From sequence record DRR723986_697: DNA of 64,000 bases; one strand, written 5' to 3'. The notes beneath the pieces are model-generated. The model saw only the letters and a program-made list of their open reading frames with translations, was not told the origin of the DNA and ran no database searches. Made by a program: the position numbers and the translations under genes. Of this stretch, positions 19,661 through 30,134 are shown piece after piece. How positions within the stretch are numbered: the first letter of the stretch is position 1; each line of letters starts with the position of its first letter.

Positions 19661-20377
19661 ATGACTAAGCCCCGTCTCATCCTCGTGACCGGCGCCTCCC
19701 GTGGCATCGGTCGGTCCGCCGCCCTGCACCTCGCGAAACAGGGCGACATCGTCATTGCAGTTGCCCGCTCGAAACTGGCCCTCGAAAAGCTGGACGATGA
19801 GGTCCGCGCCGCTGGCAGCGAGGCCGTACTGGTGCCGATGGACCTGAAGGATACCAAGGGGCTCGAAACGCTGGGCAAGGTGATCGGTGAGCAGTTCGGA
19901 CGTCTCGATGGCCTCGTGGCCAATGCCGGCATCCTCGGCACGCTGGGGCCACTGGAGACCTGCGGCCCGCGCAGCTTCGAGGAAACAATCGCGGTGAACC
20001 TGACTGCCAATTTCCACCTGATCCGGGCGCTCGGCCCGTGGCTGCATAAATCGGAAGCCCCGCGCACCGTGTTCGTCACCTCCGGCGTTGCCCGCCACCC
20101 TCGCGCCTTCTGGGGACCTTACCAGGCTGCGAAGGCTGGTCTTGAGGCCATGGTGCTGGGCTGGGCTGACGAGCAGGAAAACCTGCCTTTGCGCGCGAAC
20201 CTGTTCAATCCGGGCGGGACCCGCACCGGTATGCGCGCCGAAGCCATGCCGGGCGAAGACCCGATGAGCATTCCGTCAGCAGACGATGTGGCCGCTGAAC
20301 TGGTCAAGCTGGTCAGCAAGGACGAAACCCGCACAGGCCAGATCATCAATTATCGCGAAGTGGCCGCCACGCATTGA
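19661..20377 (+). CDS. SDR family oxidoreductase (YciK-like)
   Basis: TGASRGIG, ANAG, YQAAK and NPGGTRT motifs. Confidence 0.9.
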   Translation: MTKPRLILVTGASRGIGRSAALHLAKQGDIVIAVARSKLALEKLDDEVRAAGSEAVLVPMDLKDTKGLETLGKVIGEQFGRLDGLVANAGILGTLGPLETCGPRSFEETIAVNLTANFHLIRALGPWLHKSEAPRTVFVTSGVARHPRAFWGPYQAAKAGLEAMVLGWADEQENLPLRANLFNPGGTRTGMRAEAMPGEDPMSIPSADDVAAELVKLVSKDETRTGQIINYREVAATH

Positions 20378-20847
20378 TGACGGACGAACCTGCTGTCCGG
20401 TCCGCCACAAGCGAAGACCTGCCGCTCCTGAAAGAATTCGAACAGGGCATCATCACCGCTGAGCGGCCTTATGATCACACGCTGAAACCGGACCCGATCA
20501 GCTATTACGACATCGGCGAGCTGATCGATTCCGATAGTGCAGACGTCGCCGTGGTCGAACTGGATGGCGAGATCGTTGCATCCGGTTATGCTCAAAAGCA
20601 GCGCTCAAAACACTATATCCGGCACGAATACCACGCCTTCCTGGGTTTCATGTTCGTCCGCCCGGATTATCGCGGACGCGGCCTGAACAAGATGCTGATC
20701 GATCATCTCACAGGCTGGGCAAAGGCGAATGGCCTCAGCGAGATCCGGCTGACGGTCTACTCCAGGAATGAACCGGCCATTCGCGCATATGAGAAGGCAG
20801 GCTTTGCGCCCTACATTACCGAGATGCGCCTGAATCTGGACGAGTAG
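20374..20847 (+). CDS. GNAT family N-acetyltransferase
   Basis: FVRPDYRGRGL and N.PAIRAYEKAGF motifs. Confidence 0.88.
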   Translation: MMTDEPAVRSATSEDLPLLKEFEQGIITAERPYDHTLKPDPISYYDIGELIDSDSADVAVVELDGEIVASGYAQKQRSKHYIRHEYHAFLGFMFVRPDYRGRGLNKMLIDHLTGWAKANGLSEIRLTVYSRNEPAIRAYEKAGFAPYITEMRLNLDE

Positions 20848-21541
20848 TCTCGCGTTTTCGTTCCTCTTCGCGCACCGCTTCCCACCGCTTGCGCAAGCGG
20901 GCGACGCGTTCCGGGAAACGTGTTTCCAGCATTTCAACCTGCTTCACCCTGTCGGTGCGAAAATGGCGGAAGCCTTCCCGCAATTCGCACCAGGCGCACA
21001 TCATGCGGATATCGTCGGCGTAGACGATCAGGAAGGGCCAGACCGTGCGACGGGTTATTTTACCAGCCTCATCGGAATAGCTGAGGTCCAGCTTCTTCTG
21101 TGTCCGGATCGCTTCGCGGACCAGTGCCACATCGAAGGAATCCTCAGGCCGCTTGCGGAAGCTGACTGGCACAAGCCCCGCATCCATGATGACGGGCTGG
21201 AGGTCCAGCGGCACGGCGGTCGAGAGTTTTGCGATAAGGTCTTCCGCCCCGCGAACCAGCCGCGCATCCCCCCGTGCTGCCACCCAGCGCGCCCCCAGCA
21301 CGGCGGCTTCCAGTTCGTCCGTCGTCAGCATCAGCGGCGGCATGTCATATCCGGAGTCCAGCACATAGCCCGTGCCTGCCTCCCCGCGGATCGGCACACG
21401 CTGCGCGATCAGCTCTGCCATGTCGCGGTAGAGCGTGCGCAGGCTGGTTTCCAGCTCTTCCGCGAGTTCCCGTCCCGTCACGGGGCGGTTCTTCCGGCGG
21501 AGGATCTGGATGATCTGGAACAGTCTCTCGGTACGTCTCAT
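20816..21541 (-). CDS. YafY family HTH-WYL transcriptional regulator
   Basis: MRRTERLFQIIQ, RTLYRD and AWCELREGFRHFRTDR motifs. Confidence 0.92.
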   Translation of the reverse strand: MRRTERLFQIIQILRRKNRPVTGRELAEELETSLRTLYRDMAELIAQRVPIRGEAGTGYVLDSGYDMPPLMLTTDELEAAVLGARWVAARGDARLVRGAEDLIAKLSTAVPLDLQPVIMDAGLVPVSFRKRPEDSFDVALVREAIRTQKKLDLSYSDEAGKITRRTVWPFLIVYADDIRMMCAWCELREGFRHFRTDRVKQVEMLETRFPERVARLRKRWEAVREEERKRETTRPDSGASR

Positions 21542-21562
21542 GAAAAGGACCCTACTGCCACG

Positions 21563-21586
21563 CTGCTGACACCATGCTGTCAGCAG
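21563..21586. promoter_or_regulatory. Putative operator of the YafY/WYL regulator
   Basis: Perfect 9-6-9 inverted repeat CTGCTGACA-ccatgc-TGTCAGCAG in the divergent intergenic region. Confidence 0.7.
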
Positions 21587-21633
21587 GCCTCCCGTATCAA
21601 GTCCTCATCCCAACCCGAACCAGGAGAAAGACG

Positions 21634-22374
21634 ATGATCACGCTTTACGGATGGGGGCCCATGTTCGACTGCCCCTCGCCCAGCCCCTATGTCATGAAGG
21701 CCGATATCCAGCTTCAGATGCTGGGCGTCGATTTCACCCGCGCAATCGCAGACCTCGATGCCGTGCCGAAGCGCAAGGCTCCTTACGTCATCGATGATGG
21801 CCAGCTGATCGAAGACAGCAATTTCATCCGCCACCATTATGAAGCAAAGCTCGGCAAGGGCCTCTATGACAGCATGAGCGGCAAGGACATCGCGCTCAGC
21901 TGGGCACTCGAGCGAATGGCCGAGGGCCAACTGAACAAGATCATGGCCTATGAGCGTTGGATGAAGGATGACAATTTCAACAAAGGCCCGGCGCAGTTCT
22001 TCGCTGATGTTCCCGCCCCGGCCCGCCCGGCCGTGCTGAAGGAAGTCCGCGACGGCGTCGCTGCAACGCAGATGGGCGAAGGCACGGGCCGCTTCACCGA
22101 AGCCGAACGCATGCAACTGGCTGACTGGGACATCAGCACAATCTCCATGCAGCTCGGCGATCAGGACTATCTGCTGGGCGATGCGCCCTCCTGCGCCGAC
22201 GCTGCCGTGGCCGCTGTGCTGATCTCATGTGCCACGGAGTTATTCGACACGCCCCTGACCGGTCTCGTCCGGAAGCACGCGAACCTGCCCGCCTATATCG
22301 ACCGGATGAAAGCGCGCTACTTCGCCCATGTGACGTGGCCGGACTGGCCAATGCCGGAACCGGTGCCGGCATGA
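21634..22374 (+). CDS. Glutathione S-transferase family protein (metaxin/Fax-like)
   Basis: SPSPYVMK, KAPYVIDDG..IEDS and YLLGD.PS.AD motifs; AGGAG RBS upstream. Confidence 0.85.
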   Translation: MITLYGWGPMFDCPSPSPYVMKADIQLQMLGVDFTRAIADLDAVPKRKAPYVIDDGQLIEDSNFIRHHYEAKLGKGLYDSMSGKDIALSWALERMAEGQLNKIMAYERWMKDDNFNKGPAQFFADVPAPARPAVLKEVRDGVAATQMGEGTGRFTEAERMQLADWDISTISMQLGDQDYLLGDAPSCADAAVAAVLISCATELFDTPLTGLVRKHANLPAYIDRMKARYFAHVTWPDWPMPEPVPA

Positions 22375-22385
22375 TCCCCTGATGC

Positions 22386-22415
22386 GGCGGGTGGCCCATG
22401 GCTGCCCGCCATTTT
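22386..22415. terminator. Intrinsic terminator between convergent GST and dcd
   Basis: GGCGGGTGGCC-cat-GGCTGCCCGCC stem (with GU pairs) followed by ATTTT. Confidence 0.55.
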
Positions 22416-22416
22416 C

Positions 22417-23433
22417 CTACTGGCTGAAATGCTTCGACAGTTTCAGGCCCTGGCCCTGATAGTTGGAGCCCTTCCCGCCATAGAGCGCGCCAGGCTTGGC
22501 CAGCATTGGTTCGTACACCAGCTTCGCCACCGGCTGGCCGTGTTCCAGGATGAAGGGCACATCGCGGGAGCGCACTTCCAGCACGGCGCGGCTGCCGCCC
22601 GTATTGGTACCGAACCCCGGATCGAAGAAACCGGCATAATGGGCGCGGAATTCTCCAAGCTCCGGCGCAATGGGCGCCATCTCCGCGGCCTCATTCGGGG
22701 CGACCTTTACGGTCTCGCGTGAGACGAGGATGTAGAACTCTTCCGGGTTCAGCACGATCCGCCCATCGCGCGGATAGACCGGTTCCCAGAACTGGGCTGC
22801 ATCATGCGCACCGATCCCGCGCAGGTCCACCACACCGGAATGATGCTTCGCCCGGTACCCGGCCGGCTGGCCTGCCGGCGGTTCCAGGTCGATCGAGACG
22901 ACTTTTTCTTTCAGCGCTTCCGGCCGCTTCTTCTTGAACCGGATCTGCGCCAGCCGGTCGCCGGGGCGCACCATGATCGGGAATGTCCGAGGCGACACTT
23001 CGAGATAGAGCGGGCCAGAATAACCGGTCGGCACTTCGTCGAAGGCGCGGGACCGATTCGTCACCAGCCGGGTGAACACGTCGATGCGTCCGGTGGAGCT
23101 TTTCGGATTGGCCCGCGCGGCAATGCCCGCTGGCAGGCGCAAATGTTCCTGAAGGGGCACGAGATAGACGCAACCGGTTTCCAGAACAGCGCCTTCCTGC
23201 GTCAGGTCAATCCGGTGCAGGTGAATGCCGGGCTCCTGCAGCATCTCGGCGACGGTGCGCTCCTTGCCTGGCAGGAAGCTCGCCCGCAGGCGGTAGGCAT
23301 CCTCGGCCAGGCGCAGATCAAGGCTCGCCGGCTGGACCTGTCCTTCGTCCAGCGGCGTGTCTGTCCGGATGGCGCCGGAAGCTACCAGCGCCTCGATTTC
23401 CCTGTCGGGAAGAACACCTGTATTCTGTGGCAT
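22417..23433 (-). CDS. dcd: dCTP deaminase (alphaproteobacterial long form)
   Basis: QPASLDLRL, ANPKSSTGRIDVFTR and HYAGFFDPGFG motifs. Confidence 0.92.
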   Translation of the reverse strand: MPQNTGVLPDREIEALVASGAIRTDTPLDEGQVQPASLDLRLAEDAYRLRASFLPGKERTVAEMLQEPGIHLHRIDLTQEGAVLETGCVYLVPLQEHLRLPAGIAARANPKSSTGRIDVFTRLVTNRSRAFDEVPTGYSGPLYLEVSPRTFPIMVRPGDRLAQIRFKKKRPEALKEKVVSIDLEPPAGQPAGYRAKHHSGVVDLRGIGAHDAAQFWEPVYPRDGRIVLNPEEFYILVSRETVKVAPNEAAEMAPIAPELGEFRAHYAGFFDPGFGTNTGGSRAVLEVRSRDVPFILEHGQPVAKLVYEPMLAKPGALYGGKGSNYQGQGLKLSKHFSQ

Positions 23434-23497
23434 CACTTGCACCCCTCGCCCTCTCAGGCATAAGGGCGAAACACGGAAAGACAAGGAATAAGCTGCC

Positions 23498-24700
23498 ATG
23501 GCAGACGCATCGGGCGGAGACGCCAAAAAAGGCTGGAAACCTGCCACCAAAGCGGTGCGCGGCGGCCTCATGCGCTCCGAGCATGGGGAGATCGCCGAAG
23601 CGCTCTATCTGACCTCCGGCTATGCCTATGACAGCGCCGAACAGGCGATGCGCCGCATGGCGGGCGAAGAGCCGGGGTTCGTGTATTCCCGCTATGGCAG
23701 CCCGACCTGCGAGATGCTGCAGCAGCGCCTCGCCCTGATCGAGGGTGCGGAAACCTGCCGCGTGACCGGATCCGGCATGGGCGCCATCTCCTCGGCCATC
23801 ATGGCCCCGCTGAAAACGGGTGACCGCGTCGTGGCGGCGAAGGCCCTGTTCGGCTCCTGCCGCTGGATCATCGCCAACCAGATGCCGAAGTACGGTATCG
23901 AGACCGTTTTCGTGGATGGCGCCGATCTGGACGCCTGGGAACGCGAGATCGCCAAGGGCTGCCAGCTGGTGCTGATTGAAAGCCCGGCCAACCCGTTGCT
24001 GGACGGGGTGGATATTGCCGCCGTCTCGGAACTCTGCCGCAAGGCCGGTGCCCTGCTCGTGGTGGACAATGTCTTCGCCACGCCGATCCTGCAGAAGCCG
24101 CTGGAACTTGGCGCCGATGTGGTCGTCTATTCCGCCACCAAGCACATGGATGGTCAGGGCCGCGTCATGGCCGGCGCGATTCTCTGCGACGAAGCGCGGA
24201 TGACCGAAATCTACGATCCGTGGCTGCGCCATATGGGCCCGGCCGCCTCGCCGTTTAACGCCTGGGTCGTGCTGAAAGGTCTCGAAACCCTGCAGCTGCG
24301 CGTCGAAGCGCAGAGCCGCAGCGCCGCCCGCCTTGCCGACGCCATTGCAGACCATCCCGCCGTCGCCGCTGTGCGCTACCCGCATCGCAAGGACCATCCG
24401 CACTACGACGTCCACAAGAAGCAGATGCGCATGGGCGGCACGATGATGGCCCTGTCGGTAAAGGGCGGACAGGAAGCAGCTTTCCGGTTCCTCAACGCGC
24501 TGGAACTGGTCGATATCTGCAACAATCTGGGCGACACGAAGTCTCTGGCCTGCCATCCATCGACCACGACGCACCGCGCGCTCAGCGATGAAGAGCAGGC
24601 GACCATGGGGCTCGACCGCTCCTGGATCCGCTTTTCAGTGGGCCTGGAAGATACCGATGACCTTGAATCGGACCTGATCCAGGCTCTTAACAAGGTGTAA
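23498..24700 (+). CDS. metZ: O-succinylhomoserine sulfhydrylase
   Basis: YSRYGSPT, DNVFATP, YSATKH (PLP lysine) and NNLGDTKSL motifs. Confidence 0.9.
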   Translation: MADASGGDAKKGWKPATKAVRGGLMRSEHGEIAEALYLTSGYAYDSAEQAMRRMAGEEPGFVYSRYGSPTCEMLQQRLALIEGAETCRVTGSGMGAISSAIMAPLKTGDRVVAAKALFGSCRWIIANQMPKYGIETVFVDGADLDAWEREIAKGCQLVLIESPANPLLDGVDIAAVSELCRKAGALLVVDNVFATPILQKPLELGADVVVYSATKHMDGQGRVMAGAILCDEARMTEIYDPWLRHMGPAASPFNAWVVLKGLETLQLRVEAQSRSAARLADAIADHPAVAAVRYPHRKDHPHYDVHKKQMRMGGTMMALSVKGGQEAAFRFLNALELVDICNNLGDTKSLACHPSTTTHRALSDEEQATMGLDRSWIRFSVGLEDTDDLESDLIQALNKV

Positions 24701-24724
24701 ACAAACAGCGGGCAATTTCACCGG

Positions 24725-25141
24725 ATGGCTCGAAGGTCGCCCCCACCCCAGTACGAACACGTCACCGACGGAGTGCGCATCCGCGTGCGCCCGAAGTTCA
24801 TGTATGACGAGTCCGAACCGGCGGCCGGCCGCTTCATGTGGTCTTACACGGTTGATGTGGAAAACGAGAGCGACCGCACCTGGACGATCATCCGGCGCCA
24901 TTGGGAAATTGTCGATGCGATGGGCCGCCTTCAGGAAGTCGACGGCGAAGGCGTCATCGGCCAGACGCCGACCCTCGGCCCGGGTGAGCGTTTCAGCTAC
25001 ACGTCGGGCGCGCCGCTCTCTGCCCCGTCCGGCATGATGCGCGGCACATATGATCTTGTGGATGATGAAGGCGGCGAACTGGTCGCCCGGATCCCCGCCT
25101 TCTCGCTCGACAGTCCCTACGACCAGTCGCGGCCGATCTGA
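24725..25141 (+). CDS. apaG: ApaG protein
   Basis: RHWEI, GEGVIGQTP and YTSG.PL..PSGMMRG.Y motifs. Confidence 0.93.
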   Translation: MARRSPPPQYEHVTDGVRIRVRPKFMYDESEPAAGRFMWSYTVDVENESDRTWTIIRRHWEIVDAMGRLQEVDGEGVIGQTPTLGPGERFSYTSGAPLSAPSGMMRGTYDLVDDEGGELVARIPAFSLDSPYDQSRPI

Positions 25142-25145
25142 CGGC

Positions 25146-25898
25146 CTAGCCTTTCAGGGCTTGCCTGATGGCATTCTTGACGCCCTGCTCGTCTGCACCG
25201 CCAATGGCTGTGTCTCCGATGTAGAAGCCCGGCGTCCCATCCAGGTTCAGCGCGTGGCCGAGGCGCTGCATGTCGTCCAGCTGCTTCTTCAGCGCGACCG
25301 ATTGCATGTCCGCCCGCATCTTGCGGACGTCCACACCGATCTCTTCGGCGAGTTCATCGATCTTGGCTTCGGTGAGCTGATCGTTCGACTTCAGGTTCAT
25401 CAGGGCGGCGTGCATGTCGTAATACTTGTCCTGCTTGCCTGCCGCGAGCGCAGCCAGGGCTGCGGTTTCGCTGATACCGCCGAAGATCGGGTATTCCTTG
25501 AAGACAACACGCACCTTGTTGTCGAACTCTTCAGGCAATGCCTGAACGAACGGCAGGGAGCGCTTGCAGTAGCCACAGCGGTAATCGAAGAACTCCACGA
25601 CGGTCACCGGCGCATCCGCCGGACCAATGAAGTGGTCCGTATCCAGATTGTACAGCTTGTCCCTGTTCTGGCTGATCGCCTCCTGCGCCGCCTTCGCAGC
25701 CTCTGCCCGGTCGCGGGCATTCAGGGCGATGATTGCTTCCTCGATCACTTCGGGATGCGTCACGATATATTCGTGAATAATCGTCTCAAGCTCTGCGCGT
25801 TCCATGGTGACCGGGGCCTTGTTGCCTTCGGCGCAAGCTGGGGTCATGGCGACCATGGCGACAGCGGCGGTCGCAAGCAGGGGGCGGATCATCATCAA
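25146..25898 (-). CDS. DsbA family protein (ScsC-like)
   Basis: Signal peptide; EFFDYRCGYC and GTP motifs. Confidence 0.9.
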   Translation of the reverse strand: MMMIRPLLATAAVAMVAMTPACAEGNKAPVTMERAELETIIHEYIVTHPEVIEEAIIALNARDRAEAAKAAQEAISQNRDKLYNLDTDHFIGPADAPVTVVEFFDYRCGYCKRSLPFVQALPEEFDNKVRVVFKEYPIFGGISETAALAALAAGKQDKYYDMHAALMNLKSNDQLTEAKIDELAEEIGVDVRKMRADMQSVALKKQLDDMQRLGHALNLDGTPGFYIGDTAIGGADEQGVKNAIRQALKG

Positions 25899-25994
25899 TA
25901 CCTTTCCAAGCCCCTCCGGGGCTGATTCATTTCAGCGGGACTATACTGGCGCGGGCCTGCCCGTCCATCAGTCCTGACAGAAAGTTGAACGGTT

Positions 25995-27398
25995 TCAGTG
26001 CTCACCGACTGTAATTGAGAACTGGTTCACCCCGCGCCGGGCCACGCGATTATAGAAATCGCGATTGTCGGGGTTGTTCGGGTCCGTGATCAGCAGAATG
26101 TCGTCGGCACGGCGATAATTCACCGTATTTCGATCCAGCTGATCACGGGCGCGATGCGCAAAAATGTTCGCACGTTGCAGGTCGCCGACCGCATAAGCGG
26201 ACTCGGCGGTGGCCAGCTGCGCTTCGGCGCGCCTGCCCTGCTTTTCCAGCGTGATGGCCAGTTGTTGCCAGGCGAACGCATTGTCCGGTTCGGCGATCAG
26301 CGCATCGCGCAGGGCAGACTCCGCTTCTTCCACATCGCCTGGTTCAGCGCGGGCGTTCAGGGATCGCGCATAATTGATCAGGAGCAGTGGCTGGCCAGGT
26401 TTGAATTCAAGAGACTTGCGGTGCGGTTCAACAGAGTCAGCGGCGCGTCCGCCCTCAAACAGGATCTGGCCTTTCAACTCCCAGAAGTACGGATTCTCGG
26501 GCTCATCCACCAGGAGAGAATTGATGTCGTCCAGCGCAACCTGGATGTCGGATGCCTGCATGGCAGCGATCGAACGGGCATAGCGCGCCGGTTCGCTCTG
26601 GTCGGTATCGGGATATTCCCGGCGTACTTTGCCCGGGGTGTCGAGGAAACCGATCAGCTTGGCGCGCATCATTTCATACTGATACTGCTCGCGGTCCGTA
26701 GGCGGAACATCCCGCGTGGGGGACTCATCGGCCAGCATCCGCACATTGCGGATACGGTCGGATGCCAACGGGTGGGAACGGAAATACGGATAGCGGCGGG
26801 CTTGCGAGATGACTTCCTGCGCGCGGAACTTCTCGAAGAATTCCACGATGCCTTCCGGCGACTCGCCAAGCTCCGTCAGGTACGACACCGCCGCGGTGTC
26901 CGCCATCGACTCTTCGGACCGTGTGTGGACGAAGAAATTCAGCGCGGCGAATTGCTGCGAGGATCCGATCAGAGCCGCGCCGGCTCCGCCCTCCCCGGCC
27001 GCAATGGCCAGAATGCCGAGGCCAATCGAGATCAGCGCCGGGCGGGCAGCAACACCGGCTGCCCGGCTACGCGAGACCGTGTGGCCACAAGCGATGTGGC
27101 AGGTCTCGTGCGCCAGCACGCCCTTGATCTGTCCGGGTGTGTCGGCCGCGATGATCAGGCCGGTATGAATATGGATGTTCTGACCATTCGCCACAAACGC
27201 GTTGAGCGACGGGTCGTTGATCACGTAGAGGCCGACGTCTTTCGGATTGAGTCCCGCGACATCGAGGATCGGATCAGTCCACTCGCGCAGCGTTTCTTCA
27301 ATTTCGGCATCCCGGATCAGGCCCTGGGCCGAGGCCGAGACAGCCACGGTCAAAGAGGCTGCTGCCATTGCGATATATCGCAGGAAAGTACGGGCCAT
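25995..27398 (-). CDS. M48 family metalloprotease with TPR (BepA/YfgC-like)
   Basis: LNAFV, GVLAHETCH (HExxH) and SHP motifs; C-terminal TPRs. Confidence 0.9.
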   Translation of the reverse strand: MARTFLRYIAMAAASLTVAVSASAQGLIRDAEIEETLREWTDPILDVAGLNPKDVGLYVINDPSLNAFVANGQNIHIHTGLIIAADTPGQIKGVLAHETCHIACGHTVSRSRAAGVAARPALISIGLGILAIAAGEGGAGAALIGSSQQFAALNFFVHTRSEESMADTAAVSYLTELGESPEGIVEFFEKFRAQEVISQARRYPYFRSHPLASDRIRNVRMLADESPTRDVPPTDREQYQYEMMRAKLIGFLDTPGKVRREYPDTDQSEPARYARSIAAMQASDIQVALDDINSLLVDEPENPYFWELKGQILFEGGRAADSVEPHRKSLEFKPGQPLLLINYARSLNARAEPGDVEEAESALRDALIAEPDNAFAWQQLAITLEKQGRRAEAQLATAESAYAVGDLQRANIFAHRARDQLDRNTVNYRRADDILLITDPNNPDNRDFYNRVARRGVNQFSITVGEH

Positions 27399-27488
27399 GC
27401 GGGTCCTGTCTCCGTTTTCCGCCATTCCGCTGAATCTACGGGCCTCAGCCAGCAAATGCGAGGGGCAAGCTACAGAATAACAGAATTG

Positions 27489-28493
27489 TCAGGGTTTAGC
27501 TGAGGGGAAGATGAACGAAAGCGCCGGATCGAGCCGGACTCCCACGTCTTCACCCGCTTTTGGTGCCCGATCCCGTGGGACCAGCGCCACAAGGCGTTGT
27601 CCCCCGGCATTCAGCACCAGCCGGGTCATCGCCCCCGTCACCTGGCTGGCCAGCACGGTCGCGCGCACGCCCGAGCTGGAATCGAGGCAAATGCCTTCCG
27701 GGCGTACGACCAGTTCCGTTCCATCCGCAACATCTGCAAGCCCTGCGGGCACATCTGCCGCCGCCAGCCGGTTCACCGGGCCGAGCGAGGCCGCCACATC
27801 AGCGCTGACCGGCTTCATATAGACATCGGCGGCAGGGCCTTCCTGACGCACCCTGCCTCCGCGCATGACCGCGACATGGTCTGCCGCTTCCAGTGCTTCG
27901 ACCGGATCATGGGTCACAAGCAGCGCCGGGATGCCAGCGGCGCGGACGGCTTCCAGCGCTTCATCGCGCACGCTGGCCCTCAGCGCCGGATCGAGGCCGG
28001 AGAACGGTTCGTCCATCAGGATCGCGGCCGGCTTCGGGGCCAGCGCCCGGGCGATGGCGACACGTTGTTGTTCTCCGCCCGACAATTCGTGCGGATAGGC
28101 ATCGGCCCGTTCGGTCAGGCCAAGACGGCCGAGCCAGCCCCGCGCTTCAGCCTTTGCGGCTTCCTTGCCCAGCGGTTTCAGGCCGAACGCAACGTTCTGC
28201 AACGCCGTCAGGTGCGGAAAGAGCGCAAAGTCCTGAAAGATCAATCCGATGCGCCGCTTGTCCGGCGGCAGTGTTGTTTTCGTGGAAGACAGCACCCGGT
28301 CGCCGAGGCGGATCTCGCCTTCGTCCACCGGCTCCAGTCCTGCGAAAAGGCGCAGAAGGGTCGACTTGCCAGCACCAGATCCGCCCAGCAGTGCGGTGAC
28401 CATGCCAGGCTTCAGATCGAGCGACACCGCATCGACCACGCGCACGCCATGATAGGCGCGGCTCACTCCAATGGCGGACAGGCTCTCACTCAT
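27489..28493 (-). CDS. Fe3+ ABC transporter ATPase (FbpC-like)
   Basis: GGSGAGKST, FQDFALFPH and LSGGEQQRVA motifs; C-terminal TOBE domain. Confidence 0.88.
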   Translation of the reverse strand: MSESLSAIGVSRAYHGVRVVDAVSLDLKPGMVTALLGGSGAGKSTLLRLFAGLEPVDEGEIRLGDRVLSSTKTTLPPDKRRIGLIFQDFALFPHLTALQNVAFGLKPLGKEAAKAEARGWLGRLGLTERADAYPHELSGGEQQRVAIARALAPKPAAILMDEPFSGLDPALRASVRDEALEAVRAAGIPALLVTHDPVEALEAADHVAVMRGGRVRQEGPAADVYMKPVSADVAASLGPVNRLAAADVPAGLADVADGTELVVRPEGICLDSSSGVRATVLASQVTGAMTRLVLNAGGQRLVALVPRDRAPKAGEDVGVRLDPALSFIFPSAKP

Positions 28494-30123
28494 GCGTGTG
28501 CTCACCGGGCCGCGAATGTGACAGGCGCCAGGACAGCAGTATCACGGGAATCAAACCGGCCAGCGTGATGAGCAAGGCCGGCAAGGCCGCCGCCGCGAGG
28601 CGTTCATCTGAGGCATAGGCATTGGCGCGCACCGCCAGCGTGTCCCAGCTGAACGGACGCAGCATCAGGGTCGCTGGCAACTCCTTCAGGCATTCGACAA
28701 ACAGGATCAGCGCGCCGGCACTTGCGCCGGAAAGCGCGATCGGCAGATCCACCTCCCTCGCCCGGCGCAGCGGGGAGGCGCCAAGGCTTTCAGCCGCATG
28801 ACCAAGAGAAGCAGGCGCACGGGCCAGTGCCGCCACCATGGGTTCGGCGCCAGTGGTCGTGAACCGGCTGGCATAGACCCAGGCCAAGGCCAGCACCGGC
28901 ACAATCCCTGTCAGCGTCAAACCCAGCCCTCCCAGAACGACCAGCGCGCCCAGCGCCAGCACAGCTCCCGGAATGGCATAGGCAGACGAGGCCGTCAGCC
29001 GCGCAAAGGCAGCGCCCGGCCCCTTGCCGCGCCCCGCTAGCGCAATCACCAGCGCCAGCACGAAGCCGAAGGCTGCACCTGCCCCGGCGAGGATCAGCGT
29101 GTTCTTCAGCGCCTCGCCGACGGGGGCGACATATTCCCGGGCTTCCAGTGCGCGCCAGACGAGACGCGAAACAGGCAAGAGGAAACCGATGGAGAAACCG
29201 ACCAGGCAGAAGAGGGCCGCCCCCAGGCCCCAGAAACCACCGAGCTTGGTACGGGAAACCGCCCGCCAGCGCGTGGAGCTTTGCTGGCTGCCTGCCCGTC
29301 CCCGGCTCCACCGTTCAGCGAGCAACAGGCCAACGACAAGAACCAGAAGGATAACCGCAAGGCGTGCCGCGGCCGCCGGTTCCCCGAAACTCTTCCAGGC
29401 GCGCACGATGCCGAAGGTCAGGGTCGGCACGCCAAGATATTCCGCAGCGCCATAATCCGCCGCCGTCTCCATCAGGGCGAGCGCCAGACCGGCGGCAATC
29501 GCAGGCCGGGCTGCAGGCAGGACAACGCTCCAGAAACTGCGTAGCGGCGAAGCCCCAAGGCTGCGGGACGCTTCCAGCGCACAGATGGACTGGGAGACAA
29601 ACGCCGTCCGCGCCGTGAGGTAGACATAAGGATAGAGACCGCTGGCCAGCACGAAGGCGAGGCCCGGTACCGACCGCATGGAGGGGAACCAGTAATCGCG
29701 CGCCGACCAGCCGGTCATATCACGCAAGGCAGACTGAAACGGTCCGCCCACGCCCATCAGGTCTCCCCAGGCATAGGCGAGCACATAGCCGGGCGCTGCC
29801 AGCGGCAGGATCAGCAACCATTCGAAAACAGGCCTTCCCGGAAAGTCATGCATGGTCACGAGCCAGGCTGCCGGGACGGCGAAAGCCAGCATGAAGAAGG
29901 CGGCCATGGCCAGCGTGCCCAGAGTCCCGCCAAGATACGCCACCATCAGCGTGTCGCGGATATGCTGCCACGCCTCCCCGCCGCCCATGAACACGGCCGC
30001 CAGCAGCACCGACACAACCGGCACGGCAATGATGGCACCTGCCAGCACGGCCGGCCCGTCAGCGGGCCGGAGGTTCAGGCGCTTGGGGAACAATACCCGC
30101 GCAGGAAGGGGAAGACCGGCCAA
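28486..30123 (-). CDS. Fe3+ ABC transporter permease (FbpB-like)
   Basis: Two EAA loops; PLAAPGYV and KELPATL motifs. Confidence 0.9.
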   Translation of the reverse strand: MAGLPLPARVLFPKRLNLRPADGPAVLAGAIIAVPVVSVLLAAVFMGGGEAWQHIRDTLMVAYLGGTLGTLAMAAFFMLAFAVPAAWLVTMHDFPGRPVFEWLLILPLAAPGYVLAYAWGDLMGVGGPFQSALRDMTGWSARDYWFPSMRSVPGLAFVLASGLYPYVYLTARTAFVSQSICALEASRSLGASPLRSFWSVVLPAARPAIAAGLALALMETAADYGAAEYLGVPTLTFGIVRAWKSFGEPAAAARLAVILLVLVVGLLLAERWSRGRAGSQQSSTRWRAVSRTKLGGFWGLGAALFCLVGFSIGFLLPVSRLVWRALEAREYVAPVGEALKNTLILAGAGAAFGFVLALVIALAGRGKGPGAAFARLTASSAYAIPGAVLALGALVVLGGLGLTLTGIVPVLALAWVYASRFTTTGAEPMVAALARAPASLGHAAESLGASPLRRAREVDLPIALSGASAGALILFVECLKELPATLMLRPFSWDTLAVRANAYASDERLAAAALPALLITLAGLIPVILLSWRLSHSRPGEHTHE

Positions 30124-30134
30124 ACGCGTCTGCC

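Noticed and set aside
23434-23497. SAM riboswitch upstream of metZ
   Set aside because: The intergenic region is only ~64 bp with no recognisable aptamer
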